This document shows positions 44,172-55,270 of a stretch of DNA of 64,000 bases, piece after piece. A program made the position numbers and the translations under genes. The notes under the pieces are model-generated. The model made no database searches. It had not been told where the DNA came from and worked only from the letters and a program-made list of their open reading frames with translations. Each line of letters begins with the position of its first letter. Position 1 is the stretch's first letter. The stretch is from a virus (lineage: Duplodnaviria; Caudoviricetes): the IMG/VR virus record IMGVR_UViG_3300017569_000030, positions 1-64,000 of that record. One strand, written 5' to 3'.

Positions 44172-47100
44172 ATGTTAGTTGCAAATTTTACAAGTAGAAT
44201 ACCTACTATGGGTCTGCTGTAAGTTTGGCCCCTGTTAATAGTGATATTAATATGCAAACTCTGTGAATTGCTGGGATTCCTTCAAATATTTGGAAAATCA
44301 GCAGTTTTATCTTTGTGAAAAGGTAAAATTCAACGACTAATGTATAACACGAGCACAGAGGTTCTAATTTAGTTAGAATATGATATAGTCTGAGCTTACA
44401 TGATGATAAAATGTAAGAATTGTTAGATAAAGAGCTAACAAGGTAACAAAATTTGCAAACTAAAACATACGAGGATTGGTCAAAGTACCTGGGCAGTAAG
44501 CCCCACCGTCTTGGTGTAGTAGCTCGTATGTACACTGATAATACTTTGAACTTTATTACAGATGGTCTTAGGAACGTCTATTACAAGGATGAGAAAGCAG
44601 ATCAATTCTAGCTTTCTAGTTCTTTATTGTTTGAGTGGAATGTAGAAACAAATAATATCAAACACATAGAGTTCGCTGAAGTACCAGCTGAAACTGGAGA
44701 AAACGGAAATGAAATAACGATGGCGTTCAAAGAGAACTATTATCAGAAGTATGACATCTTTAGAATTGATAAGACGAAGCAACAGTGTCAAGTTGTTAGC
44801 CGTCCAATTCGCAAGCGTGATGATTACTGGGAAGTACAAGTTCGTTTGATTGATAATAACTTTGATACGATCCTTGATACAGATGGATGCCAGATTGGTG
44901 ATACTACAACGTTCCAATCTGTTGCAGTACCCGAATTGAACGAGGAAGGTTTAAATTTAAGATAGCTTTCCTCCGTTAAGTTAGTTGCTTAATGAAAAAT
45001 TAAATAAATATTTCTAATTGCTGGAATGCTAAGTTCTTATTGAATATGCCAATCAGCAGCAAAGCCTTAGAAAATATAAGCTCAAAGAGAAATACTAAGG
45101 AATGTTCAACGACTAGTCTAGATAGACGTAGGGGAAATCAACCCCGAAATGGAATAAATCTAAAATTTAAATACAATGAAATATATAGTATATCAAACGA
45201 CCAATAAGGTCAATGGAAAAATTTATATTGGAGTACATAAAACCGAGACTCCGGATGATTTCGATGGATATTTAGGAAATGGAATCTATATTTATCGACC
45301 TTCTAGTTATATGCATCCAAAAACGTATTTTCAGTATGCTGTAAAGAAATATGGTATTAAAAACTTTATTCGTACTACAATTAAGGTTTTTGATATAGAA
45401 GCAGATGCTTATAAAATGGAAGCAGACTTGGTAAATGATGAATTTATACAAAGAGATGATACTTATAACTTAATTTTGGGAGGCAAAGATGTATCTCAAT
45501 TTATGGTTAAAGTTTATATGTATGATCTTAATGGAAATTATGAAATGGAGTTTGAAAGCTTAATTGCTGCAGCAAAATATTTGAATCCTAACGCAAAAGG
45601 AGGAGGACATTTACCTAGAGCAATAAAGCATAGGCATCAATTTCTTGGGCATCAATTTTCGTATGAAAAGGTTGATAATATAGGACCTATAAAAGCCATG
45701 AAAAATCGAACTCATGTTGAAAAACCTTATACAGGAGGGAAAGTAGGAAGATTCGATAAAGAAGGAAACCTATTAGAAACGTTTGAAACAATGACTGACT
45801 GCGTTAAAGCAGGATATAAAAATGCAAAGTTAGTTGCATTAGGAAAAAGAAATATATGTAAAGGATTTGTATTTAAATATTTAGATTAAGATATAGTCTG
45901 AACAGTATAGAAACATACTGATTAACAATAATTGTATTCAAAATTCCAATCTCAGATGGAGTTGCATTAGATATTAATTACGGTGCAACTTCGAGTTCGC
46001 TCAAAATAAACTCCTTTAATTGCTGGGATCTCTCTATGAGACAATCAGCAGCGAAGATTCTACAATAGAATAACGTTCAACGACTATCGAAAGTATAGGT
46101 TAAATACCGAATAAACGAGTAGAGTACACTTATCATAAGTGGAAACAGGGAGCACCTTTATAAGGTGAAGATATAGTCTAAACTTATATGTGAATATAAG
46201 AATAATTACGTAATTTCATGACAACATTCCGTTGCGATGCTAGTTGGTCTAGCTTATATGCAATTCAAGAGAATGTATTTATGAGTATCTGTGATGATAA
46301 GGATAAAACAAAGACCGAAGGCGTATATAAAATGCTCAAGAAGGAAAAAGAATTACTCGATACCTTCATGTACGCCATGAATACAGGGTGGAAGTAAGCT
46401 AGCCCTGATTAAATTCTTCTAATTGCTGGAAACCTCAAAAGGCAATCAGCAGCAAAGATTTAAAAACTAGTGACAAACAGTTTTAAATAATGTTCAACGA
46501 CTATCCGTGATAGGATAAGTAAAATTTTACTGAAATGGAGAATAATTTTAAATATATAGTATATCAAACAATAAATATTAATAATAATAAGATTTATGTG
46601 GGGGTGCATAAAACAAAAGATCCTTCTATATTCGATGGATATATAGGAAATGGTGTAAATATCTATCATCCAAGTACTTATGTAAAGCCAAAATATCCTT
46701 TTCAATATGCTGTAAAAAAGTATGGGACATCAAGTTTCAGAAGATCGGTGTTATATATTTTTGATAATGATAAAATGGCATATAACAAGGAGGCAGAAAT
46801 AGTAAACGAAGAGTTTATTAAACGCTCTGATACATATAATGTAATTTTAAGTGGAAAAATACATCCTACTTATTATATTCGATCTTGTATATATCAATTT
46901 GATTTACAAGGTAATTTAGTAAAAAAATGGAATGATATTTATGATGTTTCTGAATTTTTATGTACTTGGAAAGAATCAGTATATTCAGCAATTAGACACA
47001 AATCTCGATTGTATAATTTTTATTGGAGTTATTCTGATAGTATTAATCTTTCTGAATACTCTAGTCCAAATGAATCTAGGAAAGTTTATCAATATAATAA

Positions 47101-50100
47101 GGATGGAAAGTGTATAGCAATTTATAATACTATTGGAGAAGCTGCTAGATATAATAATGTTCAACCAGGACATATAATAACTTATATTAAAGCAGGAACC
47201 TTTTCTAAAGGAGAATATTTCTATTCTTATGAACTATATGATGAGTATGTTTCAAAACCTAGATTAGATTTAAAAGGAAAGACATTATATTTATATGATT
47301 TGGATGGAAATTTTATTAAATCGGAATTTATAGTAGATTTTAAACGAGAATTTGATATTCATACATATAAAGAAATTTCTAATATAATTCTAAATAAATC
47401 TAGCTTAAAAGGATTTCAAATTAGATTAGAATATACTGAAACAATAGAGAAATATTCTCCAAAAAATAAGAAACGTGCCGTAGAAGTTTATACTATTGAC
47501 GGTTCTTTAGTTGGTGAATTTGAAAGTGTTACTCTTGCTTGCAAAACTCTTAAACTTGATTCATCTACTGTATCTAAAATATTAAGAGGAGTAGCAAAAA
47601 CAACCAAAGGATATACTATAAAATATAAAAATTAAAGATATAGTCTAAACAATATAGAAATATATTGATTAATATATATTGTATGCTTTAACAAAGGCAA
47701 TATAGATGTGAATTAACTTACGGTTCACAATAAACTCCTTTAATTGCTGGGACCTCTTACAGTGTAAGACAATCAGCAGCGAAGATTCTACAATAGAATA
47801 ACGTTCAACGACTATCGAAAACATAGCATTTATTGCAAAGAAGTGAGTAGAGTACATTAAAAATAATGGAAACAGGGAGCATCTCTAAATAAGAGATGAT
47901 GATATAGTCTAAACTATATAGTAATATATAGCTAATATATTGGGTAAACCAACAATCACAGATCCTAAACTCCTGTGTTGGGATCTTGCAGCGTGAGCTG
48001 TATAACAAATAACTCCTTGAATTGCATGAAACTCCTAAATTGTTAGGACAACCTGCAGCTAAGCCTTTTATAGGAAAGTTCAACGACTATCGAAAGCGTA
48101 GGTATAAATACTGAGTAAGTGAGTAGAGTAGAGAGTAAAATCTCGAAGTGGGGAGCGTCTCTAAACAAGAGATGATGATATAGTCTAACCTATATAGTAA
48201 TATATAGTTAATATATGGACACAGGTCGCGGTATTTATATAGGTGAGGGTAGAGTATCTGCCCCTTAGTATCGTAAGATACTTCGATCAGCTGCTTAATT
48301 CGGTGAACCCTGAGATGGGAATACCGAGCCAAGTAAGATAATAAAATTATCTGGGCGTGTGTAACGACTATGATATATTATAAATTAAAATTTTCATCAA
48401 TAATTAATAATTATTAGTATGCAAAAAAGAAAAAAATCACTGTTAATTAGCTTAGTATTAGGTGATGGACATATTGCTAAATCTGGAAAGGGTAATTGCT
48501 TGCAAATTACTCATAGTATTAAACAAAAAGAATATTTTGAATGGAAACGCCAATTAATTGCAGATCTTTTAGATTGTAATTTACCTGGAGTTTATCATAG
48601 AGAGGATTCAAGACATAACGAATTTTCTCTTAATAAAAGTCATAGATATTTTCGTATCATTAGAAAATGGTTATATAAAAATGGTATTAAGCGATTTAAT
48701 AAAAAAATATTAGATTATATTACCGCAGAGGGATTGGCTATCTGGTTTATGGATGATGGTAGTCATTGTGTAAATCGCAGAAAATCTACAGGAAAGGTAA
48801 TGAGTCATACTTTTAAATTATATACATTTACTAATGAGGAAGACACAGATAATATTATTCAAATGTTTAAAGAAAAATTTGGCATTAATGTTTATAAATT
48901 AAAATATATAAAAAAGGACGGTTCTCTTAGTTATTATTTACAATGGAAAACAAGAGAAGGTAGAAAGTTTTGTAATTTAATTCGTCCTTATGTTATCCCG
49001 TCAATGCAATATAAATTATTGCAACCAGGAGAATAATATATCTTTAACAGCAGCCAACCAGAAATGGTTGAAGATATAGTCTAAACAAATACAAATTAAA
49101 GTATTTGATTAACAAAATTGTTGATACCTCAAATAGAAGCCGCATGTAACAAATATTGTTACAATAATAAACCAACATTACCTCTGTTTAACCAGATTAT
49201 GAACGATATGGCTGACAAAGCCCAGTCTGATACTGGTGGGCACTGGGTGTTTATAGTAAACCGCAAATTATGGAATGATGTGAACACAGTTCTTGGTGAG
49301 TATCTCGCTAATTATAGAACTGATGGTACTTATATGTATTCCAAGTCTGCAAACAAAGGTATGGGTGGTTATGTCAAGGTCGGAGCAACCTTCGACACAT
49401 ATATTTACGCCGGTGAATTGATTGCCGCATAAATTAAAAATAATTTATGAAAATTTATTTAATTGCTGGAACATCTTGAAGTTTAATAAGCTATAAAGGA
49501 ATTAGTAATAATAAACTTGAAAGCTCAAAAATTATTAAATATAAGACAATCAGCAGCGAAGCTTCTAAACTACTAAAGCATGAAGAACGTTCAACGATCA
49601 TCCCTTTGGGAGTAGATTAATATATTAATCGAAATAATAAACATCTTATGGAATTAAAAAATATAGTTTATATAACAGTTAACTTATGTAATAGTAAATT
49701 TTACTTTGGGGTTCACAGAACTAATCCAGAAGTTTTTGACGGATATATTGGTGCAGGAATCTACAGACAATCAAATGCCACATTAGATACTGCCTTTCAT
49801 AAAGCTGTGCGAAAATATGGTTATGATAATTTTAAAAGAACTATAATTGCTATTTTTCCAGATACAGAAGAAGGAAGAGAGTAGGCTTTTAATTTAGAAG
49901 CAAGTATAGTAACTAAAACTTTGATTAAAAGTAAAAATTGTTATAATTCTGCTTTAGGAGGGCAGGGAAGTACAAATATAGATACAAAACGTGTTTATAT
50001 GTTTAATTTGAAAGGAAATTTTTTAAGAAGTTTTTCTAGTATTAGAGAAGCAGCAAACTTTATTGATTCTACAAATGAATATAATGTTTTAAAAGCTATT

Positions 50101-52240
50101 AGAAATAATTGTTTGGGAAAAAATAGTAACAGCAGTTATGGTTATTTTTGGAGTTATAAGAAAAAATTTGAAAATAATAATCATTGTAATAGAAAAGTAG
50201 CACAATACACAATTTCTGGAAAATTTCTTAGATATTATGATAGTATGACTGAAGCAGAACAAGAGCTTCAAATAAGTACAATATATCAAGCTATTATTAA
50301 AAAATTTACTTCTGGAGGATTTCAATGGAGATATTATGATGGTGATACATCTGATATATCGACTTTGATTTCTAGGAAAAATAAAAATTTAGTATTACCT
50401 ATTAAAATGTTTTCTAAAGATGGAACATTTATAAAAGAGTATAACTGTGTAAACGATTGTGTAAAAGAAAATCCAAATTTATCTGCCAGTTAGATAAATA
50501 GAGTTTTAACCAAAATAATTAAATCTCATAAAGGTTTTACTTTTACATACAAAGATGAAGATATGATCTAGTCTATTTAGAAATAAATAGTATATCGAAT
50601 GAAATTTCGTTTGTGGTAGATAGAGCATTAACTCGTGAATATCCAGATAAGGGTTATGGAGTATGCATCGATCTTACCGCAGATAAAACATCTGGAACTC
50701 CTGCTGTTGCAAAATTCAGTATCACTGGAAAAGATTTCATGACCAACAAACTTATAGGCGTAGGCGGGTATGATGGAAAAAGTTCTGGTGAAGTTGCAAG
50801 CAATGTAGCAGGTTCTAAGCTAATAATGATGGGCTTAAAAATATTTATTTGACAGCGTAGGTCCATCAATAAAAAATTCTTTTAAGTGCTGGAAAGTAGC
50901 ATAACTGATATTAACTTGTTAAGTTTTAATAATAATATTAGTGCTATAATCAGCAGCCAAGATGTATTTGTAATTCCTTTAGGAATTAATACACAAGGTT
51001 CAACGACTAGGCGCAAGCCATAGATTAATTTATTAAAATTAAATCGAAATGGAGAATAATCAAATCAAATATATTGTATATTGTACTACCTGTACAATTA
51101 ATAAATTCATTTATATTGGTTATCATAAAACCAAAAATCCAGATATTTTTGATGGATATATAGGAAATGGAATTTATATAAATAATCCAAGTACCTATAA
51201 TAATCCTAAACAAAAATTTCAATATGCTGTAAAGAAATATGGTCCTTCTAATTTTATAAGAAGTACAATTGCCGTATTTAATACCGAAGAAGAAGCGTTA
51301 GATTTAGAAGCGGAAATAGTAAATGAAGAATTTCTTAAACGGTCTGATGTATATAACGTGGCATTAGGAGGTTTAGGAGGGAATTGGATAATAACAGCAC
51401 ATAAAACTTATCAATATGATTCTGAAGGAAACTTTTTAAATGAATATGTATCTATTAAAGATGCTTCTATGAAAATTAACCGATCTTTCAGAAGTTTATG
51501 GAGGGCTATTAATGATAAATGTAAGTGTGGAGGATTTTTTTGGACAGAAACGAAATTTGATAAATTAGATTTATCAAAAATGAAATTATATGAAGGATTA
51601 CACACGATACCTACTTTTCAATATGATAATTTGGGAAATTATGAATGTTGTTATGATTCAATTTCTGATGCTGGAAGAATATTAAATATTCATTCAGCAA
51701 ATATTTCTAGAGCAATTAAATTAGGAGAAATATGTAAAAATAAGTATTTTACAAATATCTATGCTCCTAACTATAGCATTTCAAAAGATAGACAAATTAA
51801 ATCCTTTGAAATACACCAATATGATTTAGCAGGTAAATATATTACCTCATATAAAAATATGCAAGAAGCTAAAAATAAATTAAAAATTAAGGCAAATATT
51901 TATACTGCTATTAAATTGGGGCAAACGTGTGGAGGTTATCAATGGAATTTTGAAAAGTTGCCTCAAATGCCTCCTGTTAAATCTAAATCTGGAAAAGCTC
52001 GAAGAGTTGGTAAATTTGATAAAAATAATAATCTTGTGGAAGAATATAAGTCCTTAGCAGAGTGCAAAAGAATTAATGGAGCTTCAGTAGAACACGTTAT
52101 TAGGGGTAGAAATGAATTTTCTAAGGGGTACAAATATAAATATTTAGATGATTAAAGATATAGTCTGAAATTTAGTCAATTTTGACGCTGGTGTAGCGGC
52201 TTTCACTCCTTATAGGTCAGTAATTGTCCGTGAGGCTTAA
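44172..52240 (+). CDS. Major capsid protein, 10 exons: 44172-44213, 44456-44950, 45935-45967, 46209-46389, 47682-47713, 47943-47966, 48218-48250, 49121-49414, 50598-50835, 52185-52240 (475 aa)
   Basis: Spliced product is one frame: MLVANF..PTMG|QTKTYED..PELNEEG|YSKFQSQMELH|RNFM..NTG|LCFNKGNIDVN|GKPTITDP|DTGRGIYIGEG|LIPQIE..YAG|NEISF..MMG|YAGVAAFTPYRSVIVREA*; one TAG at 44609. Confidence 0.9.
44214..44455 (+). mobile_element. MCP group I intron 1 (242 nt, no ORF)
   Basis: P1 GGGU/GCCC; P10 AGTTTG/CAAACT; AATCAGCAG, CAACGACTA, ATATAGTCT; terminal G. Confidence 0.9.
44951..45934 (+). mobile_element. MCP group I intron 2 (with HEG)
   Basis: P1 GAGGAAGGU/GCUUUCCUC; core motifs; terminal G. Confidence 0.9.
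45176..45889 (+). CDS. Intron-encoded GIY-YIG endonuclease with NUMOD1-like repeats
   Basis: YIVYQTTNKVNGKIYIGVH..YLGNG; stop overlaps the P7 3' strand. Confidence 0.9.
   Translation: MKYIVYQTTNKVNGKIYIGVHKTETPDDFDGYLGNGIYIYRPSSYMHPKTYFQYAVKKYGIKNFIRTTIKVFDIEADAYKMEADLVNDEFIQRDDTYNLILGGKDVSQFMVKVYMYDLNGNYEMEFESLIAAAKYLNPNAKGGGHLPRAIKHRHQFLGHQFSYEKVDNIGPIKAMKNRTHVEKPYTGGKVGRFDKEGNLLETFETMTDCVKAGYKNAKLVALGKRNICKGFVFKYLD
45968..46208 (+). mobile_element. MCP group I intron 3 (241 nt, no ORF; apparent terminal A)
   Basis: P1 AGUUGCAU/GUGCAACU; P10 AATTACG/CGTAATT; frame and P10 put the 3' end at A46208. Confidence 0.8.
46390..47681 (+). mobile_element. MCP group I intron 4 (with HEG)
   Basis: P1 CAGGGU/GCCCUG; core motifs; terminal G. 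Confidence 0.9.
46535..47635 (+). CDS. Intron-encoded GIY-YIG endonuclease
   Basis: YIVYQTININNNKIYVGVH..YIGNG; NUMOD1-like repeats. Confidence 0.9.
   Translation: MENNFKYIVYQTININNNKIYVGVHKTKDPSIFDGYIGNGVNIYHPSTYVKPKYPFQYAVKKYGTSSFRRSVLYIFDNDKMAYNKEAEIVNEEFIKRSDTYNVILSGKIHPTYYIRSCIYQFDLQGNLVKKWNDIYDVSEFLCTWKESVYSAIRHKSRLYNFYWSYSDSINLSEYSSPNESRKVYQYNKDGKCIAIYNTIGEAARYNNVQPGHIITYIKAGTFSKGEYFYSYELYDEYVSKPRLDLKGKTLYLYDLDGNFIKSEFIVDFKREFDIHTYKEISNIILNKSSLKGFQIRLEYTETIEKYSPKNKKRAVEVYTIDGSLVGEFESVTLACKTLKLDSSTVSKILRGVAKTTKGYTIKYKN
47714..47942 (+). mobile_element. MCP group I intron 5 (229 nt, no ORF)
   Basis: P1 GUGAAU/GUUCAC; core motifs; terminal G. Confidence 0.9.
47967..48217 (+). mobile_element. 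MCP group I intron 6 (251 nt, no ORF)
   Basis: P1 GAUCCU/GGGAUC; P10 GTGTT/GACAC; terminal G. Confidence 0.9.
48251..49120 (+). mobile_element. MCP group I intron 7 (different core, with LAGLIDADG HEG)
   Basis: P1 GGGU/GCCC; AATTCGGTGAA..AATACCGAG..TGTAACGACTA; terminal G. Confidence 0.88.
48419..49036 (+). CDS. Intron-encoded LAGLIDADG endonuclease
   Basis: LISLVLGDGHI and LAIWFMDDGS. Confidence 0.9.
   Translation: MQKRKKSLLISLVLGDGHIAKSGKGNCLQITHSIKQKEYFEWKRQLIADLLDCNLPGVYHREDSRHNEFSLNKSHRYFRIIRKWLYKNGIKRFNKKILDYITAEGLAIWFMDDGSHCVNRRKSTGKVMSHTFKLYTFTNEEDTDNIIQMFKEKFGINVYKLKYIKKDGSLSYYLQWKTREGRKFCNLIRPYVIPSMQYKLLQPGE
49415..50597 (+). mobile_element. MCP group I intron 8 (with HEG)
   Basis: P1 CGGU/GCCG; core motifs; terminal G before AAT GAA ATT. 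Confidence 0.88.
49648..50586 (+). CDS. Intron-encoded GIY-YIG endonuclease, itself TAG-recoded
   Basis: IVYITVNLCNSKFYFGVH..YIGAG; in-frame TAG at 49882 and 50491. Confidence 0.85.
50836..52184 (+). mobile_element. MCP group I intron 9 (with HEG)
   Basis: P1 AUGGGCU/GGUCCAU; P10 CAGCGT/ACGCTG; terminal G. Confidence 0.9.
51049..52155 (+). CDS. Intron-encoded GIY-YIG endonuclease
   Basis: YIVYCTTCTINKFIYIGYH..YIGNG; NUMOD1-like repeats. Confidence 0.9.
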   Translation: MENNQIKYIVYCTTCTINKFIYIGYHKTKNPDIFDGYIGNGIYINNPSTYNNPKQKFQYAVKKYGPSNFIRSTIAVFNTEEEALDLEAEIVNEEFLKRSDVYNVALGGLGGNWIITAHKTYQYDSEGNFLNEYVSIKDASMKINRSFRSLWRAINDKCKCGGFFWTETKFDKLDLSKMKLYEGLHTIPTFQYDNLGNYECCYDSISDAGRILNIHSANISRAIKLGEICKNKYFTNIYAPNYSISKDRQIKSFEIHQYDLAGKYITSYKNMQEAKNKLKIKANIYTAIKLGQTCGGYQWNFEKLPQMPPVKSKSGKARRVGKFDKNNNLVEEYKSLAECKRINGASVEHVIRGRNEFSKGYKYKYLDD

Positions 52241-52293
52241 TTGTGAAAGCAAGAATTTAAAAATAAAATAAAAAATAGAAATATAGATTAGTA

Positions 52294-52320
52294 AGGGAGA
52301 GCCTTAATACCCTCTCCCTT
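52294..52320 (+). terminator. Hairpin after MCP
   Basis: agggagag..ctctccct. Confidence 0.55.
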
Positions 52321-52348
52321 ACATTATTTAAATGTTAAATGAATTAAT

Positions 52349-53212
52349 ATGGCAAACAAGACAGTTACTAAAACTGATATTGTATTTGATGGAAAAATTA
52401 TCACATTAAGAAGTGTGTATGATAAGGCAGGAATTAAATATTTTATTCAGCCTTGTAAAAATAAATTAGGTCAATATCCTCCATGCATCAAACGTGTGGA
52501 TTCTACTGGGAATATGATTATGAGTGAAAAAGAAAGAGACGCTTGGTCTGAAGGCAAAGCTGTTTTCTTTCCAGAAAATCACATGTTTGAAATAACAAGC
52601 GGAAAGACCTATAACTTAGATGATCCTCGCGAAAAAGCAGAGTGGGATGCTATATGTAATTGCCCTCTTATTGCTCCTAGCAGGGATGCAAGAGATGCAA
52701 ATGGAAATCTTATTATAGATGGACCGCAATATTCTACCTTAAAGAAACCTGCTCGTATGGGTGTAGCAGAGCTTTATGTTGATAGACCTGGATTAGATAC
52801 TCAACGCAGAGTTTCACATAAGAAACTTGTTCATACTGCTGAATCATATATTTATGATGATGAGCGTGGAACAGATGGTCGTTTGAATATGGCTAGACTA
52901 CTTGGTAAGAATATGAAGAATCAACCAGATGCAGATGTTACAGACTTCTTAATCCGCATTGCCGAGAAAGAACCTCAGAAGATTATCAATCTTTATACAG
53001 GTGGAGAAACATCTCTTCGTCTATTGTTTATAGAAGCTCGTGAAAAGAAAGTTATCTATATTAAGAATAAGTTATACTTATATGGAGATAATATTGTTTT
53101 AGGAGCAACAGACGATGCGGTTATCGCTTGGATGAAAGATCCAAAGAATCAAAAGGTTCTGGAATTAATTAAAAAAGACACTTATCCAGATTATTATCCT
53201 AGTGCTGAATAA
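52349..53212 (+). CDS. Conserved crAss-like virion protein downstream of MCP
   Basis: 287-aa ORF with no TAG; capsid-operon position. Confidence 0.8.
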   Translation: MANKTVTKTDIVFDGKIITLRSVYDKAGIKYFIQPCKNKLGQYPPCIKRVDSTGNMIMSEKERDAWSEGKAVFFPENHMFEITSGKTYNLDDPREKAEWDAICNCPLIAPSRDARDANGNLIIDGPQYSTLKKPARMGVAELYVDRPGLDTQRRVSHKKLVHTAESYIYDDERGTDGRLNMARLLGKNMKNQPDADVTDFLIRIAEKEPQKIINLYTGGETSLRLLFIEAREKKVIYIKNKLYLYGDNIVLGATDDAVIAWMKDPKNQKVLELIKKDTYPDYYPSAE

Positions 53213-53244
53213 GATATGAATTTGTAGCTGAAAAACTTATTTAA

Positions 53245-54234
53245 ATGACAGCTAGACAAGTATGGGAAGGCATGTTAACAGAATTAAGTAAAGTTAATGC
53301 ACCTAGTATGCTATTATAGGACTTTAATTATTTCTTTAACAAAGCCATTCGTCAATATATAAATAAACGCTATAACATCTATGATGTTAATTAGCAGACA
53401 ACTGACGATCTTAGAGTTTTAAAAGCTACTACAATACTTGATGTTAATAAGTCAACATAGTTTGAACCTTATAATGGAATTTCAGACTTGGGTGCGGGAA
53501 TATCTAAAATATTTGGAGCAACTTATGAAGTATAGCTTCCTCCCGATTATATGCATTTACTAAACTGTATTTGTATATATAAAGTTAACAAACGATTTAA
53601 GTGCTATAATGAAGGAGATGATGTTTAGTTTGCTGCTAAACGTCTTACAGCAGATGCTTGGTCAGTAATAATAAATGATTATTATAATAGACCTCTCCCA
53701 GAGAGACCTTATTATTATTTACATCAAGTAAATACTAATGAATGGATTCCTACTAATCCACTTACGAATAGTGAAACCTTATCTGCTAATACTAGGGGTA
53801 CAGACCCAACAAAGGAAATTTCTTCAAGTACACTTAGTGGAGAAGGGTTAGCACCTAGAAAAGTATCTGTTTCTGGATTTACTGGTGATATGGTAGAAAG
53901 AGAAGCAGGTATGAGGTATGGAAATAGTAGTAATGTAAGACTCGAAATTCGTTATGGTCATGATGACACTGTTTTTAAGTTAGAAAAAGTGTTTATTGAC
54001 TATATAAAAACACCACAAGAAATAAGATTAACATAGGAACAAGTTAATTTAACAGAAGACACATCACAAATCATGGAATTTCCAGATTACGTGTGTCAAG
54101 AGATAATAAATGAGCTGACAAATTTGGTCATGGAGAACACAGCTGATCCAAGACTTTAGACACATCCAGTTATAACTTAGTCTATTGCTAATCCAGCTCA
54201 AGCATAGACACCACAAGCTACTCGTGAGTAGTAA
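53245..54234 (+). CDS. Head-tail joining/ring-type protein (code 15, 329 aa)
   Basis: MTARQVWEGMLTELSKVNAP..NKA..TTDDLRVL; EFPDYVCQEIINEL. Confidence 0.7.
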
Positions 54235-54251
54235 AATTAAAAATTTAAATT

Positions 54252-55214
54252 ATGTTTACATTTACAACTACTAATGTAATTAATTCTAACAAAGACCTTA
54301 CTACTGGTAAGCCTCTTTGGAGCGCACAAGTTGCAACAGCAGATAAAGGAGCAAGTTTTAATGTAAAGCGTGTTAATAACTTTAAAGCAGAGAATGTTGA
54401 AGCTATTTATAAAGCAGAAGCTAGTGATCCAGAACTTGCTGCAGTTGCTATAGATCTTTCTCAACTTAATGCAACAGAAGGTGAGCAATATCGCCTTGCA
54501 TTATATATTGGTCTTACACAAGCTTCTCAGAACTCACGTTATTCCAATGATTTAATATTCAAAGGTAAACCTTTTACTGTTGAATTTGTTTGGAAAGCAG
54601 ATGCTGTTACTACTGTTGAAAATCTTGTTAAGACAATAAAGAAATATGAACTTCTTGTTTATGGTGAGAAGTTATTGAATATTTCTTATAGTGGAAATTT
54701 CATTCTTCTTGAAGCTACTACTGAATATCAAAGATTCCGTAAAGTAAACCTTGAAAAATTTGATGCAAGTGCTCATTTTGGAATGGGTGATTATACAGTA
54801 GTTCGTTCTCTTGAAGATATGACTGAAATGGATTCTAACTCTGCAGTAACTGATGCATTTAAGAGTGGTTCTACAACAACGCCTACAGAAGGTTATTTTG
54901 TTGGAAAAGAAGGTTTTGGAACTTATTCTTATCTGCTCCACAATCTTCGTTTGCCTACTTCTGCTCGTACAGATGCATTTGCTATTAATCAAGACGAAAC
55001 TCCTATTGTGGGGGCTAAATATGATCAATATACAATTCGTTATTGTGTTAATCGTGGTCCTCTTGGTACAAATGCAGTAGGTGATTAGGTTAAATCGGTT
55101 ACAACTCATGTATTTTATGTGAAGAGTGATTTATCTGATGATTTTAAGACAAATCTTGAGACAATCGCAGGAACTGCTGGTATTATAACAGTACCAAAAG
55201 TAGTAACTCCTTAA
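54252..55214 (+). CDS. Virion structural protein (code 15, 320 aa)
   Basis: MFTFTTTNVINSN..LHNLRLPT; single TAG; terminator follows. Confidence 0.75.
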
Positions 55215-55228
55215 TATTGTTATTTCAT

Positions 55229-55262
55229 AGGCGAGGGCGCAATTTCGCCTTCGCCTTTTTTC
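55229..55262 (+). terminator. Intrinsic terminator
   Basis: aggcgagggcg-caattt-cgccttcgcctttttt. Confidence 0.8.
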
Positions 55263-55270
55263 TTTTTATT

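Noticed and set aside
45960-46211. Canonical G46210 as the 3' end of intron 3
   Set aside because: It needs a 5' site after A or drops conserved residues, and it breaks the 7-bp P10; kept only as the alternative to test.
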